From Podarcis melisellensis (lineage: Eukaryota), in assembly GCA_964234715.1 (NCBI GenBank), contig OZ174280.1: a DNA stretch of 64,000 bases. One strand, given 5' to 3'. The notes under the pieces were generated by a model, which saw only the letters and a program-made list of their open reading frames with translations, was not told the origin of the DNA and searched no databases. This document shows positions 41,001 through 53,000 of this stretch, in pieces; the first letter of the stretch is position 1; the number at the start of each line of letters is the position of its first letter. The translations under genes and the position numbers were made by a program.

Positions 41001-44000
41001 GAACAGATCACCTCTGGAAAGCATTAAAAACACAAATGGAGGCTGCCAAACCTACTGCCATTTCAAGTAAAATCACTCCATCTGTTTTGACAAATATTTC
41101 ACAGTAGTCTGAATATGAAAGGAAGTAGGTTAGAGCATCTGGCATACAAAGAATGATGTGGTGAGCATTACAATAACCAACCTTCTCAAGAAACACTTTG
41201 GAAATCTATTGTTCTGACCTACAGCAGACAAGATCAAGTCTTGATGAACCATATCAGACAAGTTACAGAGGCCAAGAGTAACTGCTCGTGATGAGCTGCA
41301 CCTTTCCGTTTCTCTAGGCCAGCCAGGCAGTTTTTGATACCTGTCAACTGCAGAACAGACAAGGTCACATCACGCTGGGTGAATCAATCCCCAAGATATG
41401 CAGTCCCTATAACGACAGGAAACTGTAAGCCTCTCTCTATGCCTGTATCACCTCGTAGAATCATTGGCACTCTGCTCACAGCTCCATCTCAATGACTGAG
41501 ATCTGTAGCCGAGAGAATCCATTTTCTAGCTTACTGAGATGTCTATACGCAAGATGGATATCTGTATCAGACTGCCTTATTTGTTGCTCAGACTCTTATT
41601 GTCTTCTAAGGCCATGTCTTCACCTCAGTTGCTGCTATTCAGAATCAGGATGAAACAGAGAAGAGCATTGCATGCTTGTTGTGGGAAAATCTTGAGACAG
41701 GACTCCTTTTAGTCCCATTTCAAACACAGTCCAGATTCATCAGTAGGGACCTTTCTAGCCTCTCCTTAACTGGAAATGACTCAGAGTTCAAGGAATGTGG
41801 GATTTCGTTTGTCATTTTTCCCGTCTCTTAGTTTAGTTCAGGAAGCAAAGAAAACTATAAGTTTCAACATCCCTGACAAAAAAGCCAATGCTTCCAAGTC
41901 ATTTCTAGTTAATGGAGATGCAAGAAAAGTGTTGCCTGTTGCTAGTTACCTTCCTGCTTTGTTCTTAAATGTGTTTATTTGGAGGGGGGAGTTCCTGGTG
42001 GAGAGCTTGGGGGAAAAAAGGTTTTGTATTTTTACAGGTGAGCTGGGAGTAGTTGTCCCTTCTTGGTAGAAGTTATGTTCCAACCTATAGTCTCAGCCAG
42101 AACCTCAGGTACCAGCTGAGATGGAAACATTTCTAAAATGTCTCCAGGATATGTCTCTTTGCAGTGGGATCTGGGCCTATTCCAAAACTGGCATGAGGCA
42201 CACTGCAGGCGGTGTAGACACTTCCCCAGGAAGCACAACACTCACCATGAGACCTCAGGAGTGATGAAGAAGTAGCACTTGTCACCTTTCACTTGCCACA
42301 TCTGAAGCTCCAGACATGCATACATGTTCAGAATGAATAGCAGAATCTATTTTAAATCTCACAATCATTCGGGAGTTTTGACAAAGAGAAATGAATAGAT
42401 TCTGCAAAACAGTTTTGGAACAGAACCAAGTGCTTCCACCATTCCTAATTCCTCTGTAGTCTGTGTCAGATATCTGCAACACAATCATAGCAATTCAATT
42501 CAGATTAACTTATATAACACCTTTCTACATTACAGTGCCCAAGGCACTTTACAACCATAGAAATGACAAAATTTACAGAAAAAGTCACATTGTAATATTT
42601 TGAATGGTTACGGAATGACAATTTTAAAAAACAAAACTAAAGAATCTGTTTTGCATGTAAGATAATATCCACAATGTAACATACGTAATGTCACCTCATC
42701 TGTTACAAACAACCAAGACAACACCAGCAAAAATACAATAATACAAAACGCCAGAGACCAAATGCAAAGCAAACATTCCACTATCCAATGGAATCTGCCC
42801 AATCACAACAAGGTGCCCATGCCACTCAGACCACTTCCATAGAGAGCACATTGCCATCCACTCCAAAGAGTCAGGATTAATACGACTGTAACTGATACTG
42901 CAGACCTTGGTGCCATAGCATCAACAACAGGGAAAGAGCCACAGAACAAGAGCACTTTGGCTCATGCCCCTAGCTCAAGTAGCTCTCAAGTGAATAAAAT
43001 ACCTGCAAGGTGGGAGAGGCAAGACAGGCAAACTCAGCTTCCAGTGTCAAGGTATTTCCACTTGGTGTTCCCTCCCCACCAGCCTCTTGCAGTCAGAAAT
43101 GCAAGTCACTGACGAAGCTGAGGGGAAATTTGGAATGTGATAGATGACATATAATTGACCTGCTGAAAGTGGCTGACCGTTTTAACCCTCAACACTGAAC
43201 TGAATAGTACTGTACATACAATGAGAATTAAAGGCATTTATGAAATGAAGGTAACAACGTTCCCCAGGTGGACTGTACCAGTACTTGAAGAGGGTCAGCT
43301 GCTTTGCATCTCAACTCTGGAATATCTGCCTTCAATGCCAACTTAATATGCCAATTAGATGCCAATGTTGCCGCATGGCTTATATATCACTACATGGGCA
43401 TACTGCTAGAGACACTTCATCCTAAGATTTTAATTATCACCATACCAGAAATGTGCCAATACGCCAACAAACCTTAAGTTGTTAACCTATCGGTAAAAGA
43501 ACCAACCACCTGAAATACTAAAAAATACAGGTAACACTGAGAAGACAGCACATTTGTTTAGATTTTGTGGATAAATGACATTACCTTTCTCTAAGAGACA
43601 AGCAATTAAACATAGGAGTTGAGTAATACTTCTGCAGTTGTGGAGGTGCTGAATGCATTAGCAGTTGAGTTGAATGGAGCTGCCTACCAGCTATACTCGA
43701 AATCAAGTGCTCATCGTAACTGTGAGAAAAACTATGCAGGTCTTTATCAGAATGTGACCTGGTAGCCTGCCGGAAACAAAAAAAAGAGGAGCATAATTTT
43801 TAATAACGATAGATAGTATGTTTAACATCTTGGCTATACTTCAGTACTACAGTACTGAGTATCGTAGTACAATGAAAACATTGTTTTTGTATATTAAAAC
43901 TCTGAAGCAGCAGAAATAGCTAGAACACTACAAGAAAGGAATCACAGTCCTTTGCATCCTAAATGCCATTTCTCAGGTCATCCACATATCTGAAATTTCC

Positions 44001-47000
44001 ACTTCAGATTTTGAAAATTCTGGTGACTGCCTGAAGGATGTTTTATTTAATTTCTTCAAGGTAAGGGGTTGTTCCCAGCATATTTGTCTTATTAGTGCAA
44101 GGACTTCCATTTGCACAACAGGCCTTCCTCTCTTCTCCCTTTGCAAATTGAGAGCAAGCAGGGATAGAAGAGAGAGGGGAAGTTCCACTGCATAGGCAGA
44201 ATTGTGCTAATGGGATGACTGTTGGATGCAACCCTAAGACAAAAGTGTTGGCCATATTTAGTAAAATGTCACAGTAAATGAGATTCTACCAATATTTAGA
44301 TGCAATGAAAATGAAATAACATGCCTTCAAATAAAATCCTTTTTTGAGATTTAAGCAATGAATGGCAGGATTGCCCAAGTCAAGATAGAATATAAATTTT
44401 AAAACAGTGTGCTTGTCTCAAGGTGCCTAACTTCAACATATATCTAAAATAAACACATTATAAAAACAGTTTAGAAAAAACAAAAACAAAGCAGAAACCT
44501 CTCAGGCCACAGGCATGCCAGAATGTAAACATTTTGAGCTGGAATCCATCAGAGAGGAAGCCAGATAGAAGGATCTCCCGAAGTTCCATAGCCCTACGGA
44601 AGTGAAGCCCCTTGCCTGTGTTACTGCCTACTGAAATTTGGATGGCGCTGGAACACAGTAAAATGGCCTCTTCCATTGTCTTAGGACAGAGGACAAGAAC
44701 GTATGGGAAGATACAGTTTCTTAAATATTTTGGGTCCAAGCTGCTCAGGTCTTTACAGGTGATAACCAACCCTTAAAATTGAGCACAGAAATGACTCAAC
44801 TGTCAAGGAGATTGAAGTTTAGGCAGATTTACTTTACTCCAATCATCCCTGCCAAACTCCTCCAACTACACAATATTTTCACAATAAATGAGGGGAGTAG
44901 CTTTCACAACACCTTCTCAAGCTGCAGTTGATGGAGCAGTTCTCCAAAACCAGCATGGAAATGCAGCAGGATAGCAGAAGGAAGAATCAGTCCATCACTT
45001 TTGTGCTTGTCCACTTGGTAGTCTGTTAGAGGGCTAGTAACCTGTGTTTACATGCTGGTCATAGAGAATAGGACTTCTTGTCCTCCAATGCCACCATGGA
45101 AACACAAGTGATAAACCTCTTAGCAGGGAGTAAATATTTTTGCAGGCTTATTCACAAGGCTGTCCTAAGAGCCACTGTGCATGATGGTGAATTGATTGTG
45201 TCTAATAGATCATTTAGGCAGCAAGCCTAACCAAGTGTACTCAGAAGTAACTCCTACTGAATTCATTGCGGCTTAGTCCCCAAAAAGTAGAGTTAGGATT
45301 GCAGCCTTAGTTGTGAATCATCACCTGAATCCTCATTTATAAAGAGGTCACTGACTCTGGCATAAGTCAGTGTCCAACAATCAATGTATGCAATGACATT
45401 TATCTTGAGAAGAGCTGGGACAGTTCTTTGAGTTAGGACTTGGAAAGTTGCAGCTGACAATACTTGGCTAGATAGATTCATCTAGGCAGCTTCAGATTTT
45501 ACGTGTTCATTGTAGCAGTCAATTTTTCCTCAAAATTTGTGAGGCTGTCATATTTTAACAACGCAAAATATAGAATTGTCAATGGTAAGGAAATAACATT
45601 ATACAGCAGGAAGCCACTCAGCTCATCACATTCAGCTTTAATTATGCAACGTCCTTTTCAGTACTTACTTTTCGATTCTTGGGTCTATAACTGCCAAGAA
45701 GGGTAGGATCTAAAAAATAAAATAAGATAATGTCTAATTTGCAAATTCGAGTCTTTGCTTTTAGAGTGCACATTTATAATACCAATGTTCAAAAAGTCCC
45801 CAAAGTATTAGTCCTACTGCACCACCTTCAACTGCAACCTCTGAGAACAGTGGCTTGTTTGATTACCACACAGTATTAATGGTAACTGAGCACATAAACT
45901 GTTTGGACAGTGAAATAATTTAGAGTTTGGGACATAATTAGTTATTCAAACCAATGTCTCTGGATGCGTGAATGCTTCAGCAGTGTAAAACACTTGGGAT
46001 AAAACAAGATACTTCCATTGAAATATCTCTGCTGAATAGATTTTCCACATAAGACAACAGCTTTTCTGGTTCAATTTTTCTGGGATGTGTTAATCTTCCT
46101 TCCATTCTTCAAATGAAGCTCCTTACAAGAGAGCATCATTTGGGAAATGGACTAAATATTCTCTTATAAGGATTTTTCAGGACCAACAGGAAGCAACTCC
46201 ACAAAAGGGTCCCAGAAAATTAATAGGAAAAATAAGCACAATAATGTTTGTTCTAGTATCTAAGCCTTCCCTTTTACTGTCATGGGATCTTGTTAAGAGT
46301 TTTTCACCCCATGGCAGGTCTCTTCCCAGTGGAAAGAAGGATTCTGTCTTCTTTTCCCCCTGCTCCATGCTCTCCTACAGGCTGTTGTCATCTCTATTCC
46401 TTTACAGAAGGGGGGGGGGGGAAACCTGTCATCATTTCTTTCCCACTCTGGGTCCTTTTAAGTAACAACCCTTCTCCCTTATAGTCCCACTGCAAGGTCA
46501 AGTCCCACTCTTCTGCATGTACATGCAGAGAGAGAATCGATTTCTATTCCCCTAGCCTCACCAACTCTCTCCAGGCCTCCTAAAAATCCACAGAAGATTT
46601 ATTCTCCTTCTTTTCCCCCAGGTCCCCCAACTTCTAGGTGACCTCATTTGTTAACACCAGGAGCCACAACTGAGCCTCCACACCGGAGCAGCTGGGAGGC
46701 AGCAGCAGAAATGAGCCAGCCCTATAAGACAGGCATAGGCAAACTCGGCCCTCCAGATGTTTTGGGATTACAACTCCCATCATCCCTGACCACTGGTCCT
46801 GTTGGCTAGGGATGATGGGAGTTGTAGTCCCAAAACATCTGGAGGGCTGAGTTTGCCTATGCCTGCTATAAGACATCAGCAGCATATTACTAAAATCTCG
46901 CTGGAAGCAACCTAAAGCCAATACAGTACTAACAATCAACAATAGCTTTATTTATTAGCTTACATTATTATTAGCATTTATATGTATTTCCATCCAATTT

Positions 47001-50000
47001 TCTGACCAAAATGCTGCTTACAGGTAAAAAAACCACATATACAAGAATATTAGAAACAATGTTCATTTTTTTAAATTAAAAAAACCTCATTCATTGGTAA
47101 TTATCACTTAACACAGCACAGAGGTAAAGAAGTAAGTTCACAACAAATAACAATGGATTGGGTCTCTACTGTAACACCTATTAACAGGAGTCACAGTATT
47201 AGGATGCAATTCTATACACCTGAGGTAGGGAACCTCTGATCCTTGGGACTGTATCAACACCACACTCCCCGCCCCCACATTAATAGGTGGTATTAATTGA
47301 CTTGGATAGAAAAGGCAAACTTGCAGTTAAAATGCATGAAACTAATTGGCTGCCTTAATCCTAAGGTCTGAAATGTATGTATCAATAAAATAATGGGTCA
47401 CCATATCAAGTAAATTTGGACATGTGGAACAAGAAACAAAAAAGGTTGGGAACCACTGCTGTAAAGGACTGCACTGCAAAAAGAGTTACATAGGACCTCT
47501 TTTTCATGTTACTGTTAGGTTCATGGGCCACTAGGTTAACACTGAAAGCCTGTGGACGTGTGGGAGAAATTCCTGTCCCAGCAACTGGTATACAATAAAG
47601 TAACTCTGACATTTTTAAAAGATATAAACCTTGCTGCATGAACTCCTCTGGCATGACTGCAAGCTTGTGACATGGGAAAAAGCCTTGCTGGGCAGCCTCC
47701 ATGCCACTCAGCAGAACAGGGAGAGACAGAAATTCTGGGTACTAGGAGAGTTAACATGAGAATGATGTGATACACCAAAGTTCAAGCCACACTGCAAACA
47801 AGGATGTGGATAATATTATCTTACGTGGAAAAGTTCTTCTCTCAAGCGGAACAGTTCACAGAGGGAAATTACGTTCCACCCCGGGGATGATCTACAAAGA
47901 AAAGGGCTCTCTTATCTGATGCTCTACCCTGAGACTCTTAAACAATAATTGAGACCTCGTTTTTGATCCCTAGAGACTATGACACACAAACAAAAATCCA
48001 TATAAAAGTATGCACAAATGCCAAAAACCTAACAAAAATGTTTCAAAGCAGTATAGTGCCTTAATTGCAAATGAACATGACAGGTGGTAACACTGCAAGA
48101 GAACGCTATATGGAATTGCAATGGCTTTCAACACGGCTTTTCTCTAACAGGTTCCAACTCTAATCCATGGATTACTGGAAGCAACAGAGCAGATAATCCA
48201 AGGGGTGTAAATGGGAAATAAGAGATCATAAGCTCAGTGAGACTTCCTGAAAACACAGTCAGCAGTGAAGGCTGACTTTATAGGAGTATGGGGTTGTATT
48301 TTTAAAGTCAAGTGAGAGATATGAAACACAAAATGTCTAGATTGTAAGGAATGAGGCAAAAAGACTTGTAGACTCCCCAGTCAGGAAGATGGTATATATC
48401 AGCAAGGAATACACAAGTAGTATTTGTTCTTGTTAAAACACTAAGATCTTTTAGAATTATCTCATCACTAGCAATATTTACAAAAATGTGTTATGCTGTT
48501 ACCAAGAATGTAAGGAATCAGATACTGTGTTAAATACCAAAAATTTTTATGAACTAGAACACAGACAAAATTCAGGCCACTGTAGCAATTACACATTGTA
48601 AAATATAAACATGTTTATGTCTATAATTGCACACATCTTTTGTATACAAAAAAGTACTTACCATAGGTTGTCTCAGGCCAAGCATCTTTTATATTGTCTT
48701 TAGGACGGCACCAAGTAAAAACATCAGGTGAAGCAGACAGCTGTTCTGGCTGAAAATTAAATAATTTCTTAAGTGTTTTATTTATAGTTCAAAATGTGTG
48801 CCTGTATGCAGTGACCCAGTTTGGACATACAAACAATGGTTTATTGTTCCAAGCATAAGTGCTGGACTCATGCACTCCTCCCTACCCTACAGCCTTGCCA
48901 TAAGGTTAGTCGCTTATGCTTCCATTGCTGTTTAATTGCAGCTTAGTTTTACATCTGAATCCTCAACTATGATTAATCTAAAGTATGGTTTATGGAAACA
49001 AGCCATCTTCCTGGTTTGAAGTTGGCTTGTTTCCATAAGCTGCAGTTAAGACCAACCACAGTTTGTCTAGGTTCAGACATATCACGTAATTATGATTAGC
49101 TAAAAACAGAAGTGCAAGCTATTAGACTTCCAAATTCCCAGCCCTGCCAAATTATCATTACCTCAGTTTGTCATACACACTTGTTTGTCATTATGTCTGA
49201 ATAATGCCTTTTTAAAGTGTCTATTGAAAGAATCAAAGACATTACAATTTACACATTACATGATATTTAGGGGGGGAAATAGTTGGAAATCCATTGGATA
49301 CACTTTCAAACCCAGAAATATGTGTGGCCTGAGGCCTTCATTTGACCATGCACATCATACTCCTGGTCAACAAAATCATGACATTAGAAATTTCTCCAGA
49401 ATATATATATTTTTTTAGTTTTCCTTGTTTTACAAAAGTAGCCTAATTAAAACACACACACATAAACATAAGGGCTTTAGCCCTTTTAGAACTTTCAGCT
49501 ACTATCAAGTAGAATTTATACAACCATTGTGCTATCCAGTGCAGTGGGAAAATAGACACACAAATAATTCAACATGGCACTCATGAAATAACAGGTTCTT
49601 TGTCAACTGCCAGCATCAACAAAAGAACTTGAGTAGTGCTTTATTTTACATTTAGAGCGCTTAGGAGAAAATAAGCAGCCACAAAGAGAAAGAGCTGAAT
49701 GAAAGGCTTCTTAGAGTAACTGTGAACAGCAAGATTTGCTCCTGGCTTAAATTGGAATTGCTGTAGGGCATACATACACGTCGAACTACAAATGGAGGTC
49801 TATCCGATTCTTTTCTGAAATCAAAAGGTCCTAGGTCTAGATGGGCCAGGCGTTGTCTAAGTTGCTGAAGCTCACACATTCGCCTTTTGGTGTAAGGAGA
49901 TGGAGATCGAGAAAGAGAGGCTACTGTGGGCTGCTCATACGTTTTTGCTGCTAGGCCCTGCCTGTTTCTCTCAAGTGAGGGAGGATTCTTTTTTGGTGAC

Positions 50001-53000
50001 CTTATCTGTGGCGTTCCATCTTTGGATGAACGTTGCTGCTGGTCTAAGTTATCCTGAATTGAAGAGAGTCAATAAGAAAGAATGAACGGCTTCAGAGAAT
50101 ATGTCCGCACTATCAACAACACAGCATTCAACAATTATATTGCTTTTAACACACAAAGTCTCCAGAACAAACTTCAAAACCTCAAGATCACACACAGCTT
50201 CATTCTTGGAGGTGTCTCATTCTTCCCACTCTCTGCTTCTCTTCTATTCTTAGTTCACCTGCCCTACAAGAATATTGAACCATCTTCCACCGCCTAGAAA
50301 AAAGAAACACTCTGATGCTCCTTTCAGAGGAGTTTCCTCCACCATTACAGTGGTACCTCGGGTTAAGTACTTAACTCGTTCCGGAGGTCCGTTCTTAACC
50401 TGAAACTATTCTTAACCTGAAACACCACTTTAGCTAATGGGGCCTCCTGCTGCCGTCGCGCCGCCGAAGCACAATTTCTGTTCTTATCCTGAAGCAAAGT
50501 TCTTAACCTGAAGCACTATTTCTGGGTTAGCAGAGTCTGTAACCTGAAGTGTATGCAACCTGAAGCGTATGTAACCCAAGGTACCACTGTACTGACATTG
50601 GCCTACTCAATCAAGACAGTGTATGGGTGGTGGTCCAAGGGGTGGTGGTCCAAGGAGTATTTTGCCTTGCTTGCATATACAGGGGTTGCATACACAGGAG
50701 TTGTCAAACATTTGGGGGGCCTAAAAATTGCAGATAAAGAGACTAGACCACAGAATGGTGAGGGCATGCCACTCCATTAATGGGTTAAAAAAGCACCCGA
50801 ATCAACCACTGCTGCACTCACTCTGAGAGAACCTATTTGCATCTCTCCTCTGTTCAGAACAAATGGAAAAGTGGATGTCCAGTCCTTTCTATCTATGAAA
50901 TATGAGCATGTTGAAGGCAACATGTTCAATGTAGAAGAAGTTAAGGCAGTGCCAACAAGAAGTGAACAGGAACAGCAAACAGTGTCTTGTGAATGGTGGA
51001 CTTTTGAGGAGGCATACGATACCCAGGATCTTTTGCAGGCATCATTGGGGGTACTAGTGCCAGCAGGTTACCCTTGGAGTAGAGTGTCTAATGCCTTTTA
51101 TCTATTATTATTATCATTCCTCTAAAATATTACTTGCCTATCTTTCATTGCTAAATACTAAATTCTTGGGTAAACACAGATTCTTGTAGCAGCCACTTTT
51201 AGATTCACTTATTTGCAATGTTCAGGCTGCCTTTTACTGAACTTGATTGAAGATGCAAATCAAAATTTCTGAGAAACTTTCATAAGAGGAATTTCACCAA
51301 AAGAAACAATCTAGCTATCAATACTCAATCTAAAAATTAAAGTGCAGATAATTAAGTTATGCTAACCTGCTTTTGAGCTTTTTCTGAACGTAACAGGTTT
51401 TCAGAAATAAGACAACTTGTGAAAAACTTCAATTTTGGTGCAATTCCCTAGAAGAGAGACAATAATTGAACATCAAGCTCCAACTAGAGAGATAAAGGGT
51501 ATCAAAGAAGTAAATGTCACCTACTGCAACAAACCATTCCTAATTTTAACAGTTTCCTTTGTTAATTTCAGCCTTTAATAAAGATAATTAGAAAAGACAG
51601 AACAGCAATGGTAAATGTCAAGAAGATAACATTTGCATTTCTGACAATTCAATTACTGATGATTATATTGCTTTTGTAGTACAATTAAGGTCTGCCGTTT
51701 ATTTCAACACATTGCTTTGTCAAAAGCATTTAAAAAGATTTTCATGGCATGTTACATATCACTAATTAAAAGTCAAGTATTGCTGTACAACCTTTACTCA
51801 CATCACTTTCAAACTTTTTTGATATGGACAATGGAGACATTATGATATCCTTTGTTTACACAAAACCTACATTTCCCCTATGTTTGTTTGCCACATCTTA
51901 ATGCTGGACAAAGGAAAACAAATTATAACAAACTCCTTTTACTTTTCCAGAATTAAACACCCCGCCCCACCAGCAGTGAGGGCAACATCATGGTTATAAA
52001 AGAGAATATCAGGCAATGCCTGTCAACCAGAATGACAAGCTGCAGATTTTTGCATTTTCCTCCCTGTAGCAGGCAGAGGGTGTAGTCACTGGAAGAAATA
52101 TGTGGCACAAGGAATACAGGGGAAGTAGCATAGGATTTGCCATATGTGGGGGAAATGTTTCCTCCTATTCCGTTCCTGTTATTTGTGTCCAGTCTTTATC
52201 CTCAGCCTATATTGTGTCCTTGTCCTAACTAGACTTATTGCAGGCAACTTGCACTGATATCATGTGAAACGAACTGCACCAAATGACCCCATATGAAGAA
52301 ATGGGTGTTAACATGGAATTTCGTAGCACACTCACAACTCAAATAGGAATCTGCTGAACTAATAAAAATGTTTGCTAAAAGCAGCCATTCACCAAAGGAT
52401 CTGTAGGTAGCCAATGAAATGCCATTTTTAAAAAGATACAATAAAGTGAAATCTATGTAATTATAGATCTGTCAAGATATATTTTGTTCCAAGTACAGTA
52501 ATGGAAATAATTGCAAAAGGTAGGAATGGAATAGAGAAAAACAAGTTTTGTTAAGCAGCAGCAGCTTGGTTTCTATAATAGGAGTCATTCCTCACTATTA
52601 TGGGAAGTTCATACTGCTTCCAACTACTTATTCATCTAGCTCAGTACTGTCCACTCCTTAGTGTTTAGGTGGGTTTTAAAAATATTTTTGTTCAGGATTG
52701 CTTTTAATTAGTGTGTTGAATATAGTCTTAGATACTGCTATGGCTTGCTGTGGTACATTGAATGAAATGTTGACATAACTGTGATTATGCTGTTATTTTA
52801 TACAGTTTTAAATACATTTCAACATTGTAAGCTGTCATGGGAAAATACCATTTTTCGAATGGCAGCCAATAAATTTATTAGATAAACAAATAAAATATTT
52901 GACCAACAGAAGATTTCCAGGCTCTTGGGCAGAGGGACTTTCTATACTGAGAACCTTTTAACTGGAGATACCAGATGAATCTAAAGCATGCATTCTGCAA

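Noticed and set aside
33700-42480. Coding-looking stretches starting at AG sites (42474, 40056, 37288, 33890) as alternative SPATA6 exons
   Set aside because: Hit stops quickly in the required phase; better explained as decayed viral ORFs
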